DNA of 20,000 bases. Origin: Savitreella phatthalungensis. Taxonomy: Eukaryota. Below, in pieces: positions 1-8,872 of the stretch; the first letter of the stretch is position 1, and each line of letters begins with the position of its first letter. Location: assembly GCA_051599415.1 (NCBI GenBank), contig AP039702.1, positions 418,964-438,963 of the forward strand, written 5' to 3'. The notes under the pieces were generated by a model. That model had not been told where the DNA came from, searched no databases, and saw only the letters and a list, made by a program, of their open reading frames with translations. Position numbers and translations under genes: made by a program.

Positions 1-1396
1 CACCTCGTACAAGACGGAGGACGTACGGAACCACAAGCTCCATGGCCAAGTTGACGAGCTGTGCAGTGACGGCAAAGTAGAAAAGCTGGTTTCTCAGACG
101 ATTGCCATCGATAACGAAAGCTTTCGCTTTGACCCCATAAGCCGCATAGGCAGTTGTAATACCGAAAACATCGAGCCGGGGGACGATGAGATGGCCGAAA
201 GGCAGGTACACATATTGTGTGAGGAAGAGTGCTGTATAAGAGGTCATGAAATTGAGCACAAAAGCCTTGCGTGATAGGGCTGCGCTGTATTCACCGTCTG
301 TTGCATGATTTTCATATGACGTTAGCTTCTCCGCCGAGCGCATGTATAGGCTGCTAAATGGTCCAACGAGAAGCGTGAAGAGCACAGTGGGGCTGAATAC
401 AAGGATTTGCTTGAGTGGCCCATCGTAGACCTCGCCCATCCAGACTTCCACACAGAAGATGAACGTGAGTACGCATGCGAGAAAGGCGCCGCATACAATC
501 GCGAATGGGACACTGACAGATTCCCGGACAAGCTTGAGTAATGGCATGCTGTCCTCCCGCTGAAAAGCCGCTCGACGATGCTCTAGTCTCGAGCATTCGC
601 GCACGTCCCATCTTGTTGCGAGCTCGAGCTCTCGTCTCTGCCACAAAGCGATGAAGATCGTTCCCCAGACTGTTATGAGGGAGGCATAAACGGCACTGAC
701 CTCCCGTAGGAAGAAGAAGGAGAATAGACCGAGACTGGCAGGAAAGAAGAGCGACCGCAAGTAGAATTGAAGGAAGGCGAAATACATAGCGACTTTTGTG
801 CCAAAATGGTTGCGGACGTGCTCAAGCTCTGCGTCGTCAATGAGCCACTTGGTCGACCAGCGCCGCAGCCAACGATCGTCAAACTCCTTATTGTGCAAGG
901 GAAAAATGCTGTGGACGCGACGCCAGGGGTGGAGACCTGGTGTCAGTGCAGCTCCGCCATCTTCCTCAGGAGCGGTCAGGATCAAATGAACGAGTCGGAG
1001 ACGCTCCGCATCGGTTATAGGATCCTCAAAAATGCTCTGATTGACCTCAGGTACGGCGAGTCGAATCCCGGCGAGCCAGTCACGCTGTCGTGCACGGAAT
1101 ACCTCTCGTGCCAAGCGACCGTCCGGACATTTGATGAAGATGAGCAATCCGCCTTCCGAGCTGCTCTCCCGGACTGCTGAACGGAGGCCAAGGGATTCAA
1201 TCGCCTGCAAAAGGCGATCTAATTCGAGAGCGCTCTCTGCTGCATCTTTGTCGGGAAGGAACTCGACGACGTAGTCTACTTTGCTGCTGGCCGTATACAA
1301 GCTTGCGCGATATGACGACAAATGAACAGGCAGCCTCCGTATCTTCGAATCCGCCGGTATCGTCTCATGGCCGCGGAGCGGCGGCTGAATTGACAT
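1..1396 (-). CDS. IST2: Anoctamin/TMEM16 family protein (fungal Ist2-like Ca2+-activated scramblase/channel), 3' end beyond the window
   Basis: Hand translation of the minus strand from ATG 1396 is open to position 1 (~465 codons): VDYVVEF...RQRDWLAGIR...TDAERLRLVHLILTAPEEDGGAALTPG...SIFPLHNKEFDDRWLRRWSTKW...HFGTKVAMYFAFLQFY...EVYDGPLK...KLTSYENH...KAFVLNFMTSY...YLPFGH...RLRNQLFYFAVTAQLVNLAMELVVPY. These are fungal TMEM16 hallmark motifs. An in-frame TGA lies at 1405-1403, just upstream of the ATG. Confidence 0.93.
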   Translation of the reverse strand, partial: MSIQPPLRGHETIPADSKIRRLPVHLSSYRASLYTASSKVDYVVEFLPDKDAAESALELDRLLQAIESLGLRSAVRESSSEGGLLIFIKCPDGRLAREVFRARQRDWLAGIRLAVPEVNQSIFEDPITDAERLRLVHLILTAPEEDGGAALTPGLHPWRRVHSIFPLHNKEFDDRWLRRWSTKWLIDDAELEHVRNHFGTKVAMYFAFLQFYLRSLFFPASLGLFSFFFLREVSAVYASLITVWGTIFIALWQRRELELATRWDVRECSRLEHRRAAFQREDSMPLLKLVRESVSVPFAIVCGAFLACVLTFIFCVEVWMGEVYDGPLKQILVFSPTVLFTLLVGPFSSLYMRSAEKLTSYENHATDGEYSAALSRKAFVLNFMTSYTALFLTQYVYLPFGHLIVPRLDVFGITTAYAAYGVKAKAFVIDGNRLRNQLFYFAVTAQLVNLAMELVVPYVLRLVRG

Positions 1397-1474
1397 TTGT
1401 CTTCATTCAACCGTCCAGCTCAGCCGAACTTGAGCAATTCGATTATACGGGATATCGATGTGCTCTGATGCGGT

Positions 1475-1485
1475 GCATGACGTCG
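1475..1485. promoter_or_regulatory. Putative CRE/ATF-type bZIP site (GCATGACGTCG) in the ist2/TBC divergent promoter
   Basis: Contains ATGACGT, the S. pombe Atf1-Pcr1/M26 core. The identical 11-mer occurs at 8848-8858. Confidence 0.3.
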
Positions 1486-1665
1486 GGTGAATCATTTGCA
1501 CGATCGACAGCAATCTGATCGGACTTCTTGCCAAAATTCACCGGGTAAGGTAAATCTCGATCATGTTGTGTACAAAATCAAGATTGATCATCTCTCTACA
1601 GAACCTCCGGTTGAAAGACTGTCACCACGACGATTGTCTCGTGAGCAGGCCACAACTGTATTCCG

Positions 1666-2415
1666 ATGACAGAGTCGCAAGGCGAGAAACAATTAGAGCA
1701 GGGAAAGTCGTCTCCTATGCAGGCTGAGCGTTCCGGAGGCTCAGCCGATGGTGCCCCTACAGAGCTCGGTGAACTGGATCAGAAGAGCACGATCGGAACC
1801 GCAGCACAACCGGTGAAATCAGCAGCGCCATCAGGGAAAGTAAGTCCATCAGCGACCGAGGGACGACCAGATTCGTTGCGGCGCGCCTCTTCTACGGTCA
1901 CAACAGTATCGCAGTCTGAGTCGGCATCTAGCCCTGCCAAGGACGCTAATACTCCGACAGCTGGAGTCGCTGGGCGGTGGAAAGGTTGGCTGTCAAGTGC
2001 AAGAACGCCGTCTTTCAGGCTCGAGATGCCCTTCACGCGCAACCCTCCTGTCTCACAAGTCAACAGTGGTCGCACGGTGCAGAATGTGGGCTTGGCACAA
2101 CAGTTCGCAGACGTGCGGCAGCGGGAGCAAGCTCATCGCCAGGACATCAACTGGGACCACTGGCAAGCGGCGTTCGACTCGCATGAGCCTGGGGCGATGG
2201 AAATGATTCGGCAACACATGCAGAGCACTCTTCCAGACATACTACGTGGCATGGTTTGGCAGGCAATCCTGGAAAGCAAAAACGAGGACCTCGCCGAAGT
2301 ATATACACATCTAGCATCAGCTTCGGCAGCTCAAGCGGGCGAGTATGACAAGCAGATCGCGAAAGACGTACGCCGCGTCAACAAATCTCTGATACGCAGG
2401 CTAGAAGGGAAATGA
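1666..2415 (+). CDS. Gyp5-like Rab-GAP TBC protein fragment, C-terminally truncated (possible pseudogene)
   Basis: A disordered Ser/Pro-rich N-terminus is followed by INWDHW...LPDILRGMVWQAILESK...VYTHL...YDKQIAKDVRR (TBC box A and IxxDxxR). The ORF stops 12 codons later. Confidence 0.65.
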   Translation: MTESQGEKQLEQGKSSPMQAERSGGSADGAPTELGELDQKSTIGTAAQPVKSAAPSGKVSPSATEGRPDSLRRASSTVTTVSQSESASSPAKDANTPTAGVAGRWKGWLSSARTPSFRLEMPFTRNPPVSQVNSGRTVQNVGLAQQFADVRQREQAHRQDINWDHWQAAFDSHEPGAMEMIRQHMQSTLPDILRGMVWQAILESKNEDLAEVYTHLASASAAQAGEYDKQIAKDVRRVNKSLIRRLEGK

Positions 2416-2891
2416 TTCGGATCACCGTGAACGCAAACGCGTGCTGATGCTGGCTGAATGCACAAACATGCGCCGCCCTGCGGGTGGTCTCTAATCGGAA
2501 ATGCATTCACCACATCTAGACATGAGGAGGGCTACTCTAGAGGAAATAGCTTGAGACGCGGAAATGTATTTTTTTTATCTCCCCGCGACAATGCCTGAAT
2601 TCGCCCACACGGCGAAGATCATCTAATTTGAGATTAAATTCGGATGAGTTCGAGCCATCAAGGGCTGATCGTGCATAGCCAACGTTCGGCCAATTTCGCA
2701 TCCAGAAGGGGAGGGCATCCGCGTCTATGCAGGTTGACCAGGTCATGAAAGTGGGGTATGCTGTACGTAAAGCTCTTGGGTGCGCACGCACAACCTGCGG
2801 CTTTCGAGGAACAACAGTATTTCTAGCGCTCTCGACATTTGTAACAGAATAATCTTGTCAACGGCATCTGAGACAACTGTACCCAGTCACC

Positions 2892-3467
2892 ATGGTACAG
2901 ATCCCACAACGACTGCGCAATGTCCTCATCGCTGCCGGTGTCTTCGTCTTTCTCTGTCTGCTTGTGAGCGGCTCGGATGAGAGTCGAACGAGCAGATTCA
3001 TCCAGCCACTCATGTCCTCACTTGAATCTGGAAAAGACAAAGCAGCGCAGCAGCCGGCAAGCGATCAACCATTGTATGACAGCCCTAGCACGATCATGCC
3101 GGATGATCCTGTAGATGAAGCGGTTCGCAAGGCTATGGAGCAAGCTATGTTGCAGCATGACAGTATTCAAGTACCCGGTGTCACAGATTTGCAAAGCCAA
3201 TCAGAGTCCGGCATGGCGCTCCCTCAGGACTTCAGTGAAGCTCCTCACGACGCAAATGGTCGAGCTGTTGCGCAGCCTGGCAACGCACCCTCCGTGCAGA
3301 CAGAACAGTCTTCGGAAGAGCCAATCTTCGGTCACCAAGCGTTCGGACCAGGCCTTGGACCAGCCCCGTCATTTCCGGACGCAGCAGAGATCCATGATCC
3401 ATTCGGAGCACTCCCCGCCAGCCACTTGCCTGTCACCGCACTGAACGAGCCTGCAACAACCACATGA
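2892..3467 (+). CDS. Hypothetical type II membrane or secreted protein (N-terminal hydrophobic anchor, acidic Pro/Gln-rich tail)
   Basis: 191-aa ORF with good start context (CACCATGG). RLRNVLIAAGVFVFLCLLVSG is a basic-plus-hydrophobic anchor. No domain recognised. Confidence 0.7.
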   Translation: MVQIPQRLRNVLIAAGVFVFLCLLVSGSDESRTSRFIQPLMSSLESGKDKAAQQPASDQPLYDSPSTIMPDDPVDEAVRKAMEQAMLQHDSIQVPGVTDLQSQSESGMALPQDFSEAPHDANGRAVAQPGNAPSVQTEQSSEEPIFGHQAFGPGLGPAPSFPDAAEIHDPFGALPASHLPVTALNEPATTT

Positions 3468-3938
3468 TAAAGACCGTTGATCTCTGGCCACAGGACTATA
3501 TAGGATATAATTGTATGCATAGACAAGTCAGCACATAGTCAATCAACTGTTAATATTGGTAGATTTATGAAGTATAACAGTACAACCACCTCGTCGATGA
3601 ACGCTATCAGTGACGATGTTGAGACTAGGATTTCGAGTCTTGCTAAACACTGCATGGTCATGCAGCCTCGTTGGTGGCTCGATCTAAAAATCGACAATAG
3701 AATTAATACAAAACTAACATCTAGTTTGGAATGGCCGTCAGATTGATGCATCAAATTAAGCGTGTATAATACATGCATGCATGTGTTTTCGGCTGTGCAT
3801 CCTTGGCTTTTCACGTGCTGGCGCGTCGAGTTCGACCGGCATGCCGACGCATTGACCTATATGAGACCAAAAAATACACAGACGTGCCCGTCCTTACTAC
3901 ACCAGGTGCAAAGCAAATCCGATCGCAGTGCTCCAGTC

Positions 3939-6900
3939 ATGAGCAAGCCACCGATGCTGGCCGGGCCCATGACTAAGGAAAAGCTGCAGGACATTTACAG
4001 ACGATACAAGCAGTTGGCAGGTCAGGGCGAGCGAGATGAGACAAACGTGGAAATGCAGCAACTTGGCGCCATTCTTCGGCGCGTACAAGAACGCCAGAGG
4101 CATGCACACGAAGCGCGACAGCAGCAACAAATAAGCACGCTCGCTGCAACTTCAGCGGCAGGAGCAAACGGCGTGTCCACATCGACGACACATATCGCAG
4201 CGACAAATCCTGTCGCCACCGCAGTAGCTATGCCAGCGCAGTCGGGTGACCCTTCGGTCCCACCCGCGGCGTTGAGCACTGCGCAGCTCGAACTGCTCAA
4301 AAATCAGATCATGGCTTTCAAATACTTGAGCAAGAATCTTCCCATACCGGACCACATCCAGCGCAAGATATCTGGAGAGATTGGTAAAGACATACGTCCT
4401 CGCGCGGAGGACTTTGCCGGCGCTGTATCCGAATCAGAGCTCTTGCACGGGGCCGATGTGATGATTCCCGCCATCACGCCCTCTGGCGTCGAAATCGCCG
4501 ATCTTGCGGAACGACGAGAGCAGGTGATTGCCAATCGTGTAGCCTTTCGCGTTCACGAGCTCGAGTCGCTTCCAAGTAATATTGATGGTTTCGAATTTGG
4601 GCGTGTCAGAGACGAGCTGGGCGACGCAAAGCTTCGCCTATTGATCGAGCTCAAGTCATTGAAACTCCTACATAGGCAGAAGCATTTACGGGAGCAGATG
4701 CTTCACTCTCTGTCAACATTCCTGTCGACTGCCGCGACACATGATCGGCAAAAGTATCGGCGCGTCAAAGCACAGTCGCTCAAGGAATCGCGCATGACAG
4801 AGCAATTCGCGCGGACGCAGCGGCTTGATCGTGAGCGTCGCGAGAAACAAAAGCAGCTGGACTATCTTGCGGACGTGACTAGCCACTCTGTCACTGTTCG
4901 GCAAGAAAGCGAGGCTGCAAGAGCCAAATCTATGCGCCTGGGTAAGCAGATTCTAGCCTATCACACCTATGCCGAAAAGGAGGAACAGCGGCGTGTGGAG
5001 CGCAACACAAAACTGCGTCTGCAGGCACTAAAGGCTGATGATGAAGAGTCGTACTTGAAATTGATCGACCAGGCGAAGGACACGCGCATCACACATCTTC
5101 TGAAGCAGACAAACTCATATCTCGACTCACTAGCAGAAGCTGTCAAGCAGCAGCAAGGTGAAGGAGAGGCTCTGGTGGAAAGCAAGATAGACGACGCAGA
5201 AAGCGGTCCCGCCGGGGAGAAGTCTGAGGAAGCGCAGGACTTGGACTACTTTCACATCGCGCATCGTATTCAAGAGGAGATTATTGAGCAGCCTCGGATA
5301 CTGGTCGGCGGACAGCTCAAGGAATACCAACTCAAAGGTCTGCAGTGGATGGTTTCTCTTTACAACAATAAGCTAAACGGCATTTTGGCGGATGAGATGG
5401 GTTTGGGCAAGACTATCCAGACGATTTCCCTCATAACATTCCTGATTGAGAAGAAGAAGCAGGATGGTCCCTATCTCGTCATCGTGCCGCTTTCGACACT
5501 TACTAATTGGACTCTCGAGTTTGAGAAATGGGCTCCGAGCGTGTCAAAAATCGTCTACAAGGGCACCCCTGGCGTGCGTCGCCAGCTCGCGAACCAGGTC
5601 CGCTCGGGGAACTTTCAGGTGCTCTTGACCACCTTCGAGTATATCATAAAGGACAGGCCGATTCTGTCGAAGCTCAAATGGGTACACATGATCATTGACG
5701 AAGGTCACCGCATGAAGAATGCGAATTCGAAACTCTCGTCGACTCTGGTCCAGTATTATAGCACGCGATATCGACTGATTTTGACAGGTACACCGCTGCA
5801 GAACAATCTGCCAGAGCTATGGGCTCTGCTCAATTTCGTGCTCCCGAAGATCTTCAACTCGGTCAAATCATTCGACGAATGGTTCAACACGCCCTTTGCT
5901 AACACTGGAGGACAGGACAAGATGGAACTTTCAGAGGAAGAGTCGCTGCTAGTGATCCGCCGTCTTCACAAAGTGCTGCGCCCTTTCCTGCTACGACGTC
6001 TCAAAAAGGACGTTGAGAAGGATTTGCCTGACAAGGTCGAGAATGTGATCAAGTGCCCCCTGTCCGCTCTACAAAAGAAGCTATATGACCAGATGAAGAA
6101 GCACGGAATGCTCTTTGTCGGCGGAGGGGAAGATTCGAAGGCTGGAAAGTCTCAAGGCATTCGGGGTCTCAACAACACGCTCATGCAGCTGCGCAAGATC
6201 TGCAATCATCCGTTCGTTTTTGAAGAGGTGGAGCGCAGTCTCGTCCCAACTGGCGGCAACGACGACTTCCTCTGGCGCACATCGGGCAAATTCGAGCTTC
6301 TCGATCGCGTACTGCCAAAGTTCCAGCGCACTGGCCATCGCGTGCTCATGTTCTTCCAGATGACTCAAATCATGAATATCATGGAAGACTTCCTGCACTA
6401 TCGAGGGATGACCTATCTCCGTCTGGATGGCTCTACAAAAGCCGATGACCGATCTGCGCTGCTTAAGCTATATAACGCACCGGACTCTGATTACTTCATC
6501 TTCCTGCTGTCCACGCGTGCTGGTGGACTTGGACTCAACCTGCAGACGGCTGACACCGTCATCATCTTCGACTCAGATTGGAATCCGCACCAGGACCTGC
6601 AAGCACAGGATCGAGCGCACCGAATCGGTCAAACCCAGGAAGTGCGCATCCTCCGGCTCATCACAGAAAAATCGATCGAGGAATCAATTCTCGCCCGTGC
6701 CCAGTACAAGCTTGACATCGACGGCAAGGTTATTCAGGCAGGCAAGTTTGACAATAAGTCGACCGCGGAGGAGCGAGAGGCCTTCCTGAGGTCGCTCCTG
6801 GAGAGCGATCCGGCTACCGGAGATGACGACGGCGCCAACGCCGACGGCTCTGAGAACGGTGATGACGAGGATGACGAGTTCGACATTATCAACGAGATCA

Positions 6901-7766
6901 TCGCCCGCAATGACGATGAAGTAGAGCTCTTCCGTGAAATGGATCGTGTTCGGGACGCGATTTCCCCTTATGGGAAGGACAAGGACTTTCCTCGACTCAT
7001 GTCCGAAAAAGAGCTTCCAGCAGCGTATCTTAAAGACGACCATGCTGTACAACAAGATTACTTCGCTGATATCGGCACTGGTAAGCGCGAGCGAAAGGAG
7101 GCAGTCTACGACGACGGATTGACTGAAGAGCAGTGGCTCGCTGCAGTCGACGAAGGAGAGGATCCGCGGGAAGCAGCAAGCAAGCGACGCGCAGCGCGGC
7201 AAGCCAGGATGCAAGCTGCCGTCGATCCCGGAGAATCAGGTGCCACGAGCCCTGCCCCGTCCTCCATCGACACACCTGGACATAAAAAGCGCGGCCTTCA
7301 CTCGCGACAGCTCAGCGTTGATCCGGAAAGCATTCCACGCAAGCGTGCGAAGACATCAATCGCGTCTGCTGCTTCCGTGGCCTCGCCGGAGATTCAACGA
7401 CGACTCGACGCACGCTTGAATGTCGCACTAGAGTTTATCGCCACGCAGACGTCAGACGAGGGCGAGCACGCACTGTGCGACATCTTCAATTCCTTGCCAT
7501 CGCGACGTGATTATCCAGACTACTATAAGCTCATCAAGACGCCGATATCACTTGGTCAAATTCGACGGCGCGTCAAGAAGTCAGAGTACGCTACTATGCG
7601 TTCTTTCAAGGCGGATATGGAACTCATGTACGCCAACGCACGAACATACAATGAAGCGGGATCGTTTGTGGTCAAGGACGCTGACAAAATCGAACGCCTC
7701 GTGAACGAGAAACTCGCTAGCTCTGGTTCTGAGCTAGACGAAAATGGCGAAGAGGACGAGGAATAG
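3939..7766 (+). CDS. snf21: SNF2-family chromatin-remodelling ATPase (Snf21/Sth1/Snf2; RSC or SWI/SNF catalytic subunit)
   Basis: QLQ (AQLELLKNQIMAFKYLSKNLPIP), HSA, GILADEMGLGKT, DEGH, TGTPLQN, QAQDRAHRIGQ, SnAC and a C-terminal bromodomain (DYYKLIKTP...NARTYN). The ORF track opens at GTG 3762. ATG 3939 (MSKPP...) is preferred, but the exact start is uncertain. Confidence 0.95.
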   Translation: MSKPPMLAGPMTKEKLQDIYRRYKQLAGQGERDETNVEMQQLGAILRRVQERQRHAHEARQQQQISTLAATSAAGANGVSTSTTHIAATNPVATAVAMPAQSGDPSVPPAALSTAQLELLKNQIMAFKYLSKNLPIPDHIQRKISGEIGKDIRPRAEDFAGAVSESELLHGADVMIPAITPSGVEIADLAERREQVIANRVAFRVHELESLPSNIDGFEFGRVRDELGDAKLRLLIELKSLKLLHRQKHLREQMLHSLSTFLSTAATHDRQKYRRVKAQSLKESRMTEQFARTQRLDRERREKQKQLDYLADVTSHSVTVRQESEAARAKSMRLGKQILAYHTYAEKEEQRRVERNTKLRLQALKADDEESYLKLIDQAKDTRITHLLKQTNSYLDSLAEAVKQQQGEGEALVESKIDDAESGPAGEKSEEAQDLDYFHIAHRIQEEIIEQPRILVGGQLKEYQLKGLQWMVSLYNNKLNGILADEMGLGKTIQTISLITFLIEKKKQDGPYLVIVPLSTLTNWTLEFEKWAPSVSKIVYKGTPGVRRQLANQVRSGNFQVLLTTFEYIIKDRPILSKLKWVHMIIDEGHRMKNANSKLSSTLVQYYSTRYRLILTGTPLQNNLPELWALLNFVLPKIFNSVKSFDEWFNTPFANTGGQDKMELSEEESLLVIRRLHKVLRPFLLRRLKKDVEKDLPDKVENVIKCPLSALQKKLYDQMKKHGMLFVGGGEDSKAGKSQGIRGLNNTLMQLRKICNHPFVFEEVERSLVPTGGNDDFLWRTSGKFELLDRVLPKFQRTGHRVLMFFQMTQIMNIMEDFLHYRGMTYLRLDGSTKADDRSALLKLYNAPDSDYFIFLLSTRAGGLGLNLQTADTVIIFDSDWNPHQDLQAQDRAHRIGQTQEVRILRLITEKSIEESILARAQYKLDIDGKVIQAGKFDNKSTAEEREAFLRSLLESDPATGDDDGANADGSENGDDEDDEFDIINEIIARNDDEVELFREMDRVRDAISPYGKDKDFPRLMSEKELPAAYLKDDHAVQQDYFADIGTGKRERKEAVYDDGLTEEQWLAAVDEGEDPREAASKRRAARQARMQAAVDPGESGATSPAPSSIDTPGHKKRGLHSRQLSVDPESIPRKRAKTSIASAASVASPEIQRRLDARLNVALEFIATQTSDEGEHALCDIFNSLPSRRDYPDYYKLIKTPISLGQIRRRVKKSEYATMRSFKADMELMYANARTYNEAGSFVVKDADKIERLVNEKLASSGSELDENGEEDEE

Positions 7767-7772
7767 CCGATG

Positions 7773-8741
7773 TCACGCGAGGGCTGCTTGCGCTTTCTCT
7801 AGGAACAGGTCCGGAAAGAGTTTCTCGATCTGTCGCAGATCATCGATCGTACTGTATCCCTTGCCTGCGTCATTCGCCCGAGTGCCTCCATTGAGCGGTC
7901 TCACTCCTCCATTTGTGCTTTCTGAACGGGACTGAGCAGCAGCTGCAGAAGCCGATGTTGGATCGTCGAGCGCGAGCATCTCCTTTACAGGTTCCTGAGC
8001 GTTGTCGTCAGTCGGCAAACACGCCGGCGAATAGTCCTCTGGCTTCATCTGCGCATGCGCCGGTTTATGAGGGGCTGGGAAGGACTGCTCATGAACGCCA
8101 GCACGGGAGACAGGCGCACCGACACCGCCCTCGACCTTTTTATCGTCGCCTTCATCGTAGAAGAGGACGTGCCGCCAGCCGACACGAACAGCGCCATCCA
8201 CGTTCGACTTAGAATCGTCGACGAAGAGGCATCGGTACGCATCTCGAGCCGGATCAAGACCAGCGTCGCGCATGACCTGATGATAGAATTCCGCGTAAGG
8301 CTTGCAGGCCATATGCGGGTCGTTGTAGTCGCAGTATGTTATCCCTTCGAAAATGCCCTCGAGGTCGAGAAGTCGAAGAACCCTTTCGGCATGAGTGATA
8401 TAAGCGTTCGTGAAGATCCAGAGCTTGCACTTCGAACGATCGATCCTCAGAAGCAGCTCGCGCAATTGAGGATTAGGTTTTAAGAGGTCGTCAAGAGGCA
8501 AAGCGGCATCAACCTGCGCATTGTAGTCCATGGCATTTACCTTGTGATGTCGAACCAAGCCGCGCAGCGCGAGACCGTAGTGTCGATAGTAGAACGAATG
8601 GAGTTTCTGCGCCTCATCTGCGGGCAAATGAAGATTGTTTGCGAAGTATGCCTGGATGCGCTCACCCATCATCTGAGCAACACCCAGCGACGAAGAGTAA
8701 AGCGTGTTATCCAAGTCGAAGAAGAAGACTGGGCGAGACAT
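7773..8741 (-). CDS. SDT1: HAD-superfamily pyrimidine 5'-nucleotidase (Sdt1/Phm8-like)
   Basis: FFFDLDNTLY (motif I), YGLALRGLV, FTNA, CKP, FVDDS and a C-terminal IEKLFPDLF. An alternative upstream ATG lies at 8774. Confidence 0.92.
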   Translation of the reverse strand: MSRPVFFFDLDNTLYSSSLGVAQMMGERIQAYFANNLHLPADEAQKLHSFYYRHYGLALRGLVRHHKVNAMDYNAQVDAALPLDDLLKPNPQLRELLLRIDRSKCKLWIFTNAYITHAERVLRLLDLEGIFEGITYCDYNDPHMACKPYAEFYHQVMRDAGLDPARDAYRCLFVDDSKSNVDGAVRVGWRHVLFYDEGDDKKVEGGVGAPVSRAGVHEQSFPAPHKPAHAQMKPEDYSPACLPTDDNAQEPVKEMLALDDPTSASAAAAQSRSESTNGGVRPLNGGTRANDAGKGYSTIDDLRQIEKLFPDLFLEKAQAALA

Positions 8742-8847
8742 GGTGCTCACAATTGCGCTTTTCGAATAGTGCAATGGCTCTTTATCGAAATGCGGTCATA
8801 CCGATATTGGAATATCTTTTGGACGAGTACTATGTGGTACAATTTAC

Positions 8848-8858
8848 GCATGACGTCG
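8848..8858. promoter_or_regulatory. Putative CRE/ATF-type site (GCATGACGTCG) in the sdt1/orphan divergent promoter
   Basis: Identical to 1475-1485 and located in the short head-to-head spacer. Confidence 0.3.
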
Positions 8859-8872
8859 CATATGATTGACAC

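Noticed and set aside
322..1274. Short ORFs listed in the track, including 767-1180 (+)
   Set aside because: They are shadows of the minus-strand TMEM16 gene.
2368..2399. Possible 32-nt intron (GTACGC...CTGAT...CAG) rescuing the TBC gene
   Set aside because: Removing it gives KDARREMIRITVNANAC-stop, which is still not TBC sequence.
3762..3938. 59-aa N-terminal extension of the Snf2-family ORF
   Set aside because: It begins at GTG and looks non-conserved. Family-like sequence starts after ATG 3939.
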